A stretch of 64,000 nt of DNA from positions 124,001 to 188,000 of the forward strand of contig QPGO01000085.1 of NCBI GenBank assembly GCA_008632985.1, written 5' to 3'. Shown one piece after another: positions 11,516 through 22,761 of this stretch. Each line of letters opens with the position of its first letter. Positions within the stretch are counted from its first letter, which is position 1. The notes beneath the pieces were generated by a model. It saw only the letters and a program-made list of their open reading frames with translations, did not search any database and was not told where the DNA came from. Position numbers and translations under genes: made by a program. This DNA is from Psammoneis japonica. Taxonomy: Eukaryota.

Positions 11516-13285
11516 TCATCGCTCTACTACAGGCAGACTTTCGCCTTCATAGATTAGACTCTTCGGCACGGAGAACTGATGGAAACCGTCGACGCCGCTA
11601 TGGTACCCAAAACCTGAGCTTTTATGGCCCACCCTATCGAGCAAAAGCAAAGGAAGAGGTTTTGACGATGAGCAATCAATCTTCAGTAATTTTAAACAAG
11701 TCGAAAACAAAAAAAGCACGGGGCCTTACCATGGACAGTTGACGTCCATATTATCAAGTGGATAGCAGTTGATACCAACCTGTCCAGCTGAGATTTGGTT
11801 TGCTACACGTCCTGCTTTGTCCAAGTCAGACGTGTAAACACTGCCACCCAGTCCATATTCGGTATTGTTGGCCAAACGCACAGCCTCTTCTTCTGTCCCA
11901 TCAAACGTTGAGATCGCGACAACGGGTCCAAAGGTTTCGCTTGTAAAGATATCCATATCGTGAGAAACATTCGAAAGGACAGTGACCGGATAAAACGAAG
12001 ACTCGGGGTTGTTGTTTGGTACCTCACTCTGATGCAGTAGCTTTGCCCCTTGCTTGACTGCCTTGTCGACTTGGTCTGCTACTAAATCACGCTGCATTTT
12101 GGATACCATTGGTCCAACCTTTACATCCGGCTCCATGCCGTTTCCCACCTTGTACGATTCGACCTCTTTCAGAACAATCTTTTCAAAATCAGCAGCAACG
12201 GAGTCGGCAACATAGATACGCTCGGTGGAACAGCAGACTTGGCCGGTGTTGCTGAGAGAACAGCGCACCGCGTCCTTGGCCGCCTTTTCTAGGGACGCAT
12301 CTTCAAAGACAACCTGAGGATCTTTTCCGCCCAGTTCCAGTACTATCCGTTTCATTTGAGGCGCAGCAGACTCGAGAATCTTTTTACCCGTGGCGGAACT
12401 CCCCGTCATGGCAACCATATTGACACAGGGATGAGAAACCAGCGCAGCACCAACACGACCGTCTCCCTGAGCCAGTTGGATGACATTGTCGGGCAAGACA
12501 TGAGCCAAACTGTTCACGACAACAGCACCTGTTTGGGGTGTCACTTCGGATGGCTTGACAATCACTGTGTATGTTAGAGTTACAGGAAAGGGCGTCGGCG
12601 TAAGGCAACACAGCGAGCATGCGGATATGAAAAAGAAGCACTAGCTCACGCTCTTGCTACACTCACCTGCATTTCCAGCAGCTAGCGCTGGTAGCGCCAA
12701 AAGCAGTATTTCGTCCGCCGGAAAGTTCCATGGGCTCATAATGACAGCGACACCCAAGGCTTGTCTTACCACTACAGAGTTCCCAAACTTTTGAGGTTGC
12801 TGGGCCGCTTCTAAGATTTCTAAAAATTCGTTCTTGCTCGTTGCACCCTCTACTTCTTCTTTTGCTTCTGCCAATGGCTTTCCCATTTCTTGAACCATTA
12901 ATTTGGCTAGATTTTCAGACTGGGTACCGAGATGGTCTAGGCCTTTGCGCAAGAAGTCCATGCGTTCGGCTATGCTCAACGCGGCCCATGATTTCTGAGC
13001 TTGTTGGGCGGACTGAATCATGCCATTGATCTTGGATTCGGGTGTACATTCTACACGTGCAATCACCTCTCCCGTGGCGGGATTGGTATTTACAAAGCAA
13101 TTGTCGACAATAGCAACGCCCTGAACCATTGTGGGTCTCGAGAAATGAAAGGAACGGGTGGGACGAAAATCAGCCGAGGTAGAGGCCGGCAGTTGCAGAA
13201 TCGGTGTTGAACGCGTCCTTGATCTAGTTGAAGCGAGGCAAAGTCTTCTCACAGTGCTTCTTGTCGCTGTGGCAACACAAGACAT
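11516..13285 (-). CDS. Aldehyde dehydrogenase (succinate-semialdehyde dehydrogenase-like), probable mitochondrial presequence, 3 exons
   Basis: NPATGE, PWNFP, KPSE, TGSSATG, LELGGKDP, GQVCCS, ETFGPV, HKSSGFG. Introns near 12666-12570 and 11730-11635. Confidence 0.9.
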
Positions 13286-13626
13286 TAAGAACTCCTCTCT
13301 TTCGGAGCGTTGTATGTCTACGGCTTTGCCGAGGAGTATGTGGCTTTTCTCTCTCGCTCTATTGCTGCTTCGACTATCGATTGCTTCGCTTGTGATATTG
13401 TGCGTCGTCGTGGTTTTGCTTTTGGTTTGACTGCTGACGCTCGACGCGTAGGATTCTGTACAAAATCTACGTGAGGCCAATCGAAGAGTTCAAAAGATAC
13501 GCAAGATCCAACTTCAGTTGCACTACTTGAAAGAGCTTCCAAATGACGCAGATGATAGGAACTCATTAACTAATAATGCTAACAAAACGCTTTTAATGAT
13601 AGCTTGATGACTCAATTACGTTGCGT

Positions 13627-14628
13627 TCAAAGAGTTGTCGCAAAGCACAGAGCCATACCGGCTAGAATCGAGAATGTAAGATCCCAAAAAGTTGCACTGA
13701 CTTTGCCGCCACTGGTTTGGTCATCATCTCCACCGGGACACAAATCTTCTTCAATTAACCCTTCAGCGCAACCAGTTTCAAAAATTGGAATATAGTCTAA
13801 AGGATTGACTCGGACAAATCCCGTCGTCGAAAACGAAGTGAGGAGTGCCGTGCCAGTGGAATTGTCGTCGGATGCCATTTTGAACGAATCTCGGAGTGCT
13901 TTATAAATATCTGGGCACGTGGCAGAGGACCATTTCTTCTCCTCTTGAAGGCCGCCACCTGCGACCCACAAGTAGTCGACGTACGGTGGTGTGGTGTAAA
14001 ATACCGTAGTGTTTCCAGTCGTATTGGTTTCAACGCGTCGTTCCCATACCAAGCTATTCAAGGCTCCCACCTCTACATTATTCGAAACATCGGCCACAAG
14101 ATCTACCGTCGCGTCATGATTACCGGAAAAGACAGTCGATTTTGGTGTCACGTTGGCTTGGGTCAAATAATACTGCGGCATTAAATGACCCGATGTTGAT
14201 TCTTCCGCTCCAAACGCAAGGTTGTAGTTCGAAACATCCTGTAGGGTGCCGTTGGTGAGACTCAGACCGGGCGCTTGAATAAACACAGAGGTGAACTGCT
14301 GATCTTCGATTCGTTGTGCGAGATAGAGAGCGTCTTCGTCGTTCAGGCCTGCTTGAACGCCAGTCAAGCCACCATACCAACCAAAGTCGGCATCACCGGC
14401 ACCCAAAGCCGCCACCGCAGCGGGATAATCAACAGCCTCAAAGTAGTTTAATGTGAGATTGACGCCACACCGCGTTTCTAAATCTTGTGTGAGGTAGGCT
14501 TGCAACGCTGCCACTCGAGCTTGTTCGACCTCGTCAATCTGGTCGGGAATCATAGTGAAGGTCAGGGTGACATCACCGTCTGCATTGATCAGAGGAGAAA
14601 GGAGAAGTAGCAGTTGGACTATTCGCAT
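13627..14628 (-). CDS. PhnD / phosphonate(selenate)-type substrate-binding protein with signal peptide and C-terminal hydrophobic (GPI-like) tail
   Basis: IPDQ, DYPAAV, WYGGLTGVQA, STSGHLMP, FSGNHDAT, TPPYVDYLW resemble bacterial PhnD-family binding proteins. Intronless. Confidence 0.75.
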   Translation of the reverse strand: MRIVQLLLLLSPLINADGDVTLTFTMIPDQIDEVEQARVAALQAYLTQDLETRCGVNLTLNYFEAVDYPAAVAALGAGDADFGWYGGLTGVQAGLNDEDALYLAQRIEDQQFTSVFIQAPGLSLTNGTLQDVSNYNLAFGAEESTSGHLMPQYYLTQANVTPKSTVFSGNHDATVDLVADVSNNVEVGALNSLVWERRVETNTTGNTTVFYTTPPYVDYLWVAGGGLQEEKKWSSATCPDIYKALRDSFKMASDDNSTGTALLTSFSTTGFVRVNPLDYIPIFETGCAEGLIEEDLCPGGDDDQTSGGKVSATFWDLTFSILAGMALCFATTL

Positions 14629-14986
14629 CTTTGGAGCTGTGTAGTTTATGCAATGTGCTAATTAAGTTCCACCGTTCACTGCGCTTGTTGAAATGGCCCG
14701 CCCTATGCGTAAGGTGCGTGTCTGTCTGTAGGGCCCTAGGGTTCACCTTCCGAACATCATGCTGTATCATACGGTACGGTATGGTCATTCCGTAACGACA
14801 AAACGAAAAGATCCATAATAATATCCTCCATTTACGAATACTTTAAAACTTATTTTTTGGAATTTTGGTGTTCGGGATGCGAGCCAGCCAACACCAAATT
14901 TTCAAAAAAATTCGCTTGCTTTTACATTATAGCTCGTGCAGCACTTATACTCTCTACTGTAGACCAGGAGCGCTACTGACCTCTGC

Positions 14987-16561
14987 CTACCCGCGCTTCT
15001 TCTTCTTTGGCTTGCCAAACACGAGAGTGACAAGCCAACTCAGAAACGCAACGAGAACTGGGAACACGTAAGCCTGGAGAAAAGCTCCACTTTGTGCAAG
15101 TGCCGACGCCTCGTCCTTCTCCTCCTCCTTCGCTTCCGTTGGCGTTTCTTCCTGAGCTGTGGATGCTATCCCTTTTGATTTTGATTTCTTCTTTTTCTTT
15201 TTTGATTTCTTTTTGGATGTCGTAGTAGCCACAGGAGCAGCAGGAGTGGATGCACTGGCTACTTCTTTTGGTTCCTCAACCGCGCCGACCTCCCCTTCAT
15301 CGCTTTCTTCCTCCTCTTCGTCGCTGCTGTCCACCATCATGGCTCCAAACACATCTCCCTTGCTCATTTTCTTCTTCTTCTTTCGGGACACTGCGCCAAA
15401 TCCTCCTCTTGATTCTCCAGGAGTTACCCATTTGTTTACAGGAACTCGAACTTTGGTTGTTCCATCAATGGTGGTTCCACCTCCTCCACCGCTCTTTTTC
15501 CGTTTGTAGTGTCGAGCAAGCTCGGCGCGACTGGCTTGTACTCGAGACTCAAACACCTCGTCGTTTTCAAACCAACCCCGACTCGTGTCTTGCAGGTACT
15601 CAATTTCGTCCAAAATCTCGTCTTTTCGGGTCATTTGTTTGGTTTCCTTAATGCTCAAGAGTCGCCCTTTGGTTTCCGCCTCGAGCTCAAGCAACGGGAT
15701 TAGTTCTTTTTGTAGCTTGCCAATCTGCGCATGATTTTTTAGCTCGTGCGGCGGAATAGGCTCTATGGATTCCAACAGTTTCTTTCGTGCTAGAGCCTTG
15801 GTTGTGGGCTTGTTTTCCTTTTCGAGAGCGGCGATTCGCTCGGCATTTTGAGACAAGAGCAACTCCTTTTCGTACTGCGTAATGTTTCCACTGTCTACTT
15901 GGTCGAGTGCCTGTTGGCGGACATATTCTTCCTTTTCATTTAATTCTACAACGGCGTCATAAAAGGCTTGTTCCGAGTCGTTGAGTGGAGTTCCTTGAAT
16001 GAGCTGCTCGTCAAGATCGTGCACCAATTCCTTGAGAGCTTCAATCGATCCGAGACAGCCCTTTTTCTGGGACCACGAGGGACACTTTGACTTTAACATG
16101 TTTTTGAACACAGTCATGGAAGACACTGCAATCTTGTAGCCGGGACTGTCTTCGGGAATGAGAGACTCTTCGGCTTGATTCTGCGACGCCGAATCCTTTG
16201 TAGCAGACGTTGTTTTTGGAAACACCACAACTGTCTTTAGATTCTTGCCCGTGTCGTGTTGTAGTTTGTATGAGCCAGCACATTCCATGACACAGCTTGC
16301 ACCTCGGTCTTCTTGATAGCCATATTTACTCAAGACGGCCGTGACGGCTTTGGCGGCACCTTCATCGTACTTTTGACGGTTCTGCTTGCCAGCGCCGGTA
16401 ACAAACGTGAGGCGAATCATCGTTTCGTGTAATTCAAAGGGTTGTGCAAAGGCTGATTCCATGGTGGACGTGATTGTCGCCACATTTTGACCTCCCAAAT
16501 CAAAGGTTTCGCTCTCTTGAGCCGATCGAATCGAAGCGGCAAGGCCGTGGGCGTTCACCAT
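14987..16561 (-). CDS. Protein of unknown function with coiled-coil, Lys/Glu-rich region and C-terminal TM helix
   Basis: Long ORF with normal composition. Likely start MVNAHGLAAS at 16561; tail-anchor-like C terminus. Confidence 0.7.
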   Translation of the reverse strand: MVNAHGLAASIRSAQESETFDLGGQNVATITSTMESAFAQPFELHETMIRLTFVTGAGKQNRQKYDEGAAKAVTAVLSKYGYQEDRGASCVMECAGSYKLQHDTGKNLKTVVVFPKTTSATKDSASQNQAEESLIPEDSPGYKIAVSSMTVFKNMLKSKCPSWSQKKGCLGSIEALKELVHDLDEQLIQGTPLNDSEQAFYDAVVELNEKEEYVRQQALDQVDSGNITQYEKELLLSQNAERIAALEKENKPTTKALARKKLLESIEPIPPHELKNHAQIGKLQKELIPLLELEAETKGRLLSIKETKQMTRKDEILDEIEYLQDTSRGWFENDEVFESRVQASRAELARHYKRKKSGGGGGTTIDGTTKVRVPVNKWVTPGESRGGFGAVSRKKKKKMSKGDVFGAMMVDSSDEEEEESDEGEVGAVEEPKEVASASTPAAPVATTTSKKKSKKKKKKSKSKGIASTAQEETPTEAKEEEKDEASALAQSGAFLQAYVFPVLVAFLSWLVTLVFGKPKKKKRG

Positions 16562-16689
16562 GGTTAGAGCATAAAATAGAAAGCGATGGATATGACGAAT
16601 AAAATGACTCGCTCCTCGCTCTGTGTTTTGCCGTTGTTGCGGTTTTTTGCGCATTCGCGCGCGACACATGTAAGGGCCTCAGACAGCAC

Positions 16690-17518
16690 AAACCATTTTT
16701 TCAAACAACTTCGATGTAGGAAAAATCAATCGCAACAAATTAATAACATTGACAGCAACAATATTCTTTTTTTGATCATCATCCAATAAAGAAATATTAT
16801 CCAAGATTCTGCTTAGCATCTGCGCATCGTCAATTCTAACATTCTCAGATCGCTCTGTCGTTTCCCGTGCCACAAGAAAATGAATAATAAATTCGTTAAT
16901 AATGGTTTTCTGATAGTTTGTTAGAGCATTGTCTTGACGGGACTCAATTTTGTAAATATGCTCTTTTTGAGTACCGCTCTACTTCCTGCGATATTTTATT
17001 CAAAAACTGTACGCGCAATTTACCAATTTTTTCATTTGAATCTATTATAAAGTCAACATCTGAGGACATCCCTTGATTAAAGTCTATTTTTTCTTGTGCT
17101 CCAAGATCATTCAAAAAACTCTTAATTTGAAAAACAGCTTTGCCTAAAAAATGCTGCTTAAAATCTGTTCCACATAAAAACTTCCATACCAAACCAGCAT
17201 AAGGATTTTTTCTATCAAAAAACTCTTGAATTTTTGGAACTTGCTTTTCATCAAGAAGTTTTTCAGAATCTTCATCATACGTTCTTACAACAGTCGTTTC
17301 ATTGATACGCGCTAAATCCAGCAAAGATTTGCCACTCAATCTTTCAAGATTTTCTTTAAGCTCTTCTTTATTCGTGATGTTTAGAGTATTAAATTCGTTA
17401 CTCTGATATAATTCTTCTGTAACTTTTAATGGGTAGTAATACCCAAGAGGCAAATCTTTTATTTTCAACAAATTTCTTACAGCGGTTATAGCGTTACATC
17501 TCTGCCGTATCCTAATCA

Positions 17519-17520
<2 letters not shown>
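16690..17520 (-). other. AT-rich insert with a 191-aa ORF (16944-17519, no ATG start) and a second short ORF fragment; organellar, plasmid, viral or bacterial origin suspected
   Basis: Abrupt drop in GC, A/T-ending codons and a K/N/I/F-rich translation. The 5' end abuts a (CT)n tract. Confidence 0.55.
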
Positions 17521-17550
<30 letters not shown>

Positions 17551-17602
17551 AGCTAGCTAGTTCCTCTCTCTAGAGTAGCTAGCTAGCAACTACTCTAGAG
17601 AG
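17519..17602. repeat. (CT)n microsatellite followed by a CTAG-rich tract with a perfect 13-bp inverted repeat
   Basis: CTCTCTAGAGTAG at 17566-17578 and CTACTCTAGAGAG at 17590-17602. Confidence 0.85.
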
Positions 17603-17714
17603 CTATTGTAGAGAGCTAAGAGAAATAGCTAGATAACAGGGCCCCACTTAGTAGTCCACACAAACCGTTTTTTCGGATAGAGCAACGTTATGAGCGTTGC
17701 GGCTGCGGCGCCGC

Positions 17715-19263
17715 TTATTCGCTACGTGATTGCTTGCTGGCAGAGATCTGCTGTTGTATTTTTATGCACCATTTGACAATCAAAGCCATGCATGGAGTTT
17801 CGCAAGGTGTTGCCTCTCGTGTGTACCCTACCATGCTTTCACGCTGAGCGTCGTTGTTGACGAACTCACGAGACTGAAGAAGCAAGAATCGCTGTGTACG
17901 CAAGTGTGCTTGTAATTCAAAGGATAGGGAGTCGTTGAAACTAGGCATGTACTCTTGTAGCTTAATGAACATGCAGAGACCACATTCAAACTTGCCAGAC
18001 GCGAGAATGGACGGTTGCAAACTTCCATGCTGCGGCAACTCGTGGCTCGTATAGGTTGCATTTGACGAATCGTTTGGCTGGCCTTGTTTGGTGACGGCGA
18101 GACTATGACCAAGTACCACTGCCTATTGTCTGCACTTACTCCATGTCGTTTTCTTTGGGAGGAGGAGAATCATCTCGATAGGTCTTGGCAATATACCCAT
18201 TCATGGAACTCTTGATTAATTGTCGCCACTTTTCGTCTTGCAGAAACCAGAGCACTGTATTCTTCAACACTCGGTCCAACGTTGGCTGCGACATGGGGAT
18301 GAGATTGGTGAGGAAATTATAAGCGGGTGGGTACAGGGGGCCTTGAGGCAGTCCAGCACAATTGGTAGCAACGCCTTTTGGACCGTACGGGATGGAATAA
18401 ACCATTCACCCAAACGCGCCAATTGGACATTGCCCAAGCCGCAGCGTCGTACGGGAGATTAGTGTGGCTCATGAATGTTGTCTTGTTGGTTCCATGAGGA
18501 GAGAAGGCAAATCATTCCAATTGATTGCTTGAGACAAGTCTTCAGTGTTAGTTTGAGTGGATGCGTCTGTATTTCTTCTCTCATTTCGACGTTGTGTAGC
18601 ATATGCTGGACCAATCAAGTACGCGTCGCGCTGCCAACGAAGAGAGGACAAGGCAGACTGGTACAGCTCAGAATCCTTGACGAGATCGTCGTCTAGTTTT
18701 GTATCCGTCTGTTGCTCCCTTTCTCTGATACTAGGTGGAACATCAGCTGCCTTGACAAAGCGTTCAATTCGATCCGCGACAACACTGGAAACTCGCTCAA
18801 TAAAACCAAAATTGACATTGTTGAATTCAATCACTCCCTCTTCATTTGGAAGAATCTGCTGTGCGTCCGGAGGAGGGACTTCATCCGGTGGACGCAATCG
18901 GTCTCGTTCACGGTTCTTATTCATTCTCTCGATAGCTTCTCTTTCCCATTTTTCGTCGTCCCATCCAATGAGCCGTGTGCTTTTTGATAAAAGCTTTGCA
19001 TACAAAACGGCAGGACGATTCGGATCTCCCTCTAGTGGGAATTCGTTCCACCACTTGTCTTCCTCGCGAATGTCCAGAGTGGATGGACCTCGGGGCTTGG
19101 GTATGAATCCTTTTCTGTTTAGGCTATCATCCTCACTAGATCGGGCATCGTTCCATTTGGAAGAATCAAAAACATCGGCCATGCTGCGGAGCAATCGTTT
19201 TGCCAAATCACGGCTTTTTTCGTCGTCGCTGTCTCTGTCGCGAGCGTTCTCTCTTTCTTCCAT
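17715..19263 (-). CDS. Protein of unknown function, multi-exon and apparently frame-disrupted near 18400-18480
   Basis: Consecutive protein-like minus-strand ORFs (18469-19263, 18136-18405, 17715-18119). No clean splice solution found at the first junction. Confidence 0.45.
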
Positions 19264-19846
19264 GGTTATTCTGAACTAAACCTCACAATGTGAATCAGTT
19301 CTTTAGATATCGTACAGCAATCTTCCGTCTCCCTTTGCTTTCGTTTTGCTCTTACTTGAAGCTATCGACGGTATGCATCCAGAACATCAGCAACTCAACT
19401 TTTGACTTTTAGCCAGAGACCAGAGACCGCCGCGGCGCAGCGAGCAGACTATCAGAGAGGAAGTTAGCAAACGTGCTTTAGCGTTTAGGGTCTTGTGCTT
19501 CTTTAACTACTTTATATTACATACATACTGTATGGCATGAGCGATTTTTGGAAATTCGATGCATCCTTCATGATCTAATATGTTTATGAAAGCACTATCG
19601 ACATGGCGCTTTTCTTCGCACTTTAAAATTGATACTATCTTCTATTTCTTTATTCATAAATTCATTCTATATAAGCTCGCCCAGTCGCCAGTGCTCACTT
19701 TTTCGGCATCATCTTCCATCTTTCTTCCACACCTTTTTTGGTTGTTGGCCGCAAAACAGATGTTGGCAACTGGGTGACGGATTCACTCGTTCTCTTCTGA
19801 TATTCGGTACTGTATTCTCACAAACGAGCATTACGAAAGGTTCACC

Positions 19847-22393
19847 ATGGATAGGTACAAGATCTTTGATCTCATTGCGGATCAGAAATGGCAGGATGTC
19901 ATTGAATGTGTCCAAGCGAACGAGTCTTGTGCTCGCGTGAGTCTAGAATACGACTCTGACGAGTCAACTCTTGCTCTTCATGAAGCGTGCAAAATGAAGC
20001 CTCCCAAGACGGTCATCTCGGCCTTATTAGCTGCCAATCCAACAGCAATCAGAACTCCTGGGCAATGGGGATACCTTCCACTTCACTACGCCTGTACTTC
20101 TGGTGCTTCACTCGATGTTATTAGCGAGTTGATTCATGCCGACCCTCGAGGAGCTCGCACGCCGGAAGCCTACGAAGACGCTTTACCTCTTCACTTGGCA
20201 TGCATGTGGGGTGCATCTGAGGCTGTGGTTGCAGAGGTTTTGGCGGCCTACCCCGAGGCAGCCTACGTTCGAGACAGCGCTGGAAAGACTCCACTGGATC
20301 ACGGCAAGGCCGTCAGCTCCGCCACCACGAGACTCGGTGTCATGAGGGCACTCGGCCATGCATCTGCGCCAAGTACACCTAGATCTACTTTAAAGAGCCC
20401 CTTTTCGACGAAGGAGGTACCTACGAATATTTTCGTCGACAAACACAACCAATCGAGCTCCATGGTTGAGCGTCTTCGATCCCAAGTCAACCAAGATACG
20501 AACGATGATACGGAACTGCAAGACTCCCTTATTGCCGAAAGGAAGAAGCTTAAGGAAGCTATGGATCTCAAAGAGAAGTATGAAAAGGAGCTCCGGAAAG
20601 AGAAGGCCATTAACAACATCCTAAGTGAGGATCTCAACGCCGAGACTCAGAGGACCGACCAGCTTGAAACGTCCTTGCAAAAGGCTCGAGATGAATTGAA
20701 CAAACTTCGTGTTAACAAGGATCAAGAGGAAGCACTTGCCGCTTCAGTCATTGAACAATACGGAAAGGATCTCGAGAAAGAGAAACTCACGGTCGAAACG
20801 CAGGCTCAGGAGCTACACGCTTACCAATCCATGTTCGAGACCTTCGAACAAGATTTGAAAACAAAGGAAGAGTACATAGCAAATCTGACTAAGAAGAAAG
20901 AGCACTTGCAAGAAATGGTGGCTTTGGAGCGTGAGGAACATGAAAAGTGCCGAGCCATGTATGACGAGGGTAACAACGAAAGAGAGAAGCTTGCAGCAAA
21001 ACTCGCTTCAGTCATTGATCAGCGTGGAAAGGAGCTCGAGAGAGAGAAAGCCGCCTTAGAAACCCAGGCTCAAGAGCTAAAGGCGAACCAAGACATGAAA
21101 AGGGAGAACGTGAAGCTGCGAGAATTGGTAGCTGCGGAGCGTGAGGAACTTGAAAAGTACCAATCCATGTATGATGGTCTAACAAGGGAGCTCAACAAAG
21201 AAATTGAGAAGACTTGGCAATTGGAAGAGGAAGTGAAAGAAAAGAATGAGTGCATTGACCAGCTAATTGAAAATAAGGAGGAAGACGATTCGAATTCAAG
21301 GAAAGCTATTGCTGAGTTGGAGTCCAGGCTTTTAAGTGCTAACGCTCAGGCCAGAGAACTGCAGAACATTTTGGAGTCTGAGCGTATCGAAACAGCGTCG
21401 ACACTCAAGAAGCATAGTGCAGATATGCAAAAGGCGCTTGACAAAGCTGAAGAAAAACAAGGCGAGATTGAACGAATGAACAATACTATTCATAGTCTAC
21501 GCAAAGAAAAGGAAGACCTTGTTTCTGAGCTAGAAATTGAGCGGCAGGGTATTGAAGATCTCGTTACGAGAGATGAAGCCTCAAAGATTGAGCTTGAGGA
21601 GATTATTCAAAACCTAAGCAAGGAAAAGGAAGATCTCTTTTCTGAGCTAGTAATTGAGCGACAGAGTCTGGAAGATCTCGTTGCGAGCTCTGAAGCATCT
21701 AAGATTGAGTTTGAAGAAGTAACGAAACGTCTTAGAGAAAGCATCAAGGCAAAGGACCTGGAAGCTAAGGAACTCAAGTCACGCATTGATTCCTTCCAGA
21801 GGGCGCAAGTAGCGTTGGCGGTGAAAGCTGTCAAGCTTGAACAAAAGGGACAAGAGACCGCTCAAGTACTTAGTGGCACAGTTGCAGAACTCGCTGCTGC
21901 CAAAAACGAGATTAAAGTCTTGGGGCAAAATCTAAAGGATGATGAAAAGCTGAAAGACGACTACGAACGTAGGATGAGCAAGATGAGTAAATGGGTTTCG
22001 TCCATGGCACGCACATTAGATTCTTGGAAAGTCCAGCATAAACATCCGGATCAACTCTCTGTACGCGACGACGAGGAAGGTCTAACGGAAGCATTCTTGG
22101 TACCAAATAGTGATGTGGAAGAATCTATACAAGAAGTCGAAGAGACTATTGATGAACGGCATGACGACGAGACGGTGATTAACACTGGTGACATTCGTGA
22201 TGAAAACAACGGAGTTTCTGATGACCAAGAAAAAGAAGATCACGAGTGCTCCAACGTATGGCTTGCACTGTACGATTCGGATGTTAAGGCGGAGTCGATG
22301 GACGAAAATTTGATTTCCACCATGTCAGCCGAACCAAAAGAAAAGCATCTTCCCGAGAAGAACGCATTGGAGCAGGTCCATCTTTCTGTGTAG
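19847..22393 (+). CDS. Ankyrin-repeat plus long coiled-coil protein (full-length member of a local gene family)
   Basis: LALHEAC, LPLHYAC, LPLHLAC, GKTPLD ankyrin motifs, then E/K-rich heptads and the family motif AQVALAVKAVK. Confidence 0.85.
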   Translation: MDRYKIFDLIADQKWQDVIECVQANESCARVSLEYDSDESTLALHEACKMKPPKTVISALLAANPTAIRTPGQWGYLPLHYACTSGASLDVISELIHADPRGARTPEAYEDALPLHLACMWGASEAVVAEVLAAYPEAAYVRDSAGKTPLDHGKAVSSATTRLGVMRALGHASAPSTPRSTLKSPFSTKEVPTNIFVDKHNQSSSMVERLRSQVNQDTNDDTELQDSLIAERKKLKEAMDLKEKYEKELRKEKAINNILSEDLNAETQRTDQLETSLQKARDELNKLRVNKDQEEALAASVIEQYGKDLEKEKLTVETQAQELHAYQSMFETFEQDLKTKEEYIANLTKKKEHLQEMVALEREEHEKCRAMYDEGNNEREKLAAKLASVIDQRGKELEREKAALETQAQELKANQDMKRENVKLRELVAAEREELEKYQSMYDGLTRELNKEIEKTWQLEEEVKEKNECIDQLIENKEEDDSNSRKAIAELESRLLSANAQARELQNILESERIETASTLKKHSADMQKALDKAEEKQGEIERMNNTIHSLRKEKEDLVSELEIERQGIEDLVTRDEASKIELEEIIQNLSKEKEDLFSELVIERQSLEDLVASSEASKIEFEEVTKRLRESIKAKDLEAKELKSRIDSFQRAQVALAVKAVKLEQKGQETAQVLSGTVAELAAAKNEIKVLGQNLKDDEKLKDDYERRMSKMSKWVSSMARTLDSWKVQHKHPDQLSVRDDEEGLTEAFLVPNSDVEESIQEVEETIDERHDDETVINTGDIRDENNGVSDDQEKEDHECSNVWLALYDSDVKAESMDENLISTMSAEPKEKHLPEKNALEQVHLSV

Positions 22394-22761
22394 GAAAACT
22401 ATAGCTCCGGATTGAAGATAGGGAGGGGTGTGGGGGTGAATTGAAGATATTAGGAAGAAACTACTTTATTTTTCACGTACTAGCCCCTTCACAATGACGT
22501 GTCATAGCCACGCATAAATTGTCATCTCACATCAGCTACTTTAAATCTCTTGCCTCTTTCTAGAGGTTAATGGAGCTATTTCCGGCCTACCGGTACGGCG
22601 TTTCACTAAATATCACCTGCGACATAGCAATGAACATCCCATAGCCTGACAGATAGAATCGACATATACAAACGTCGCTGGCAAGCTCCACCAGTAACAA
22701 GCCGCGGCGTCAACCTCGGGATCATAACTCAACTGAGCATCCAACTGTACACTTCATGCAT

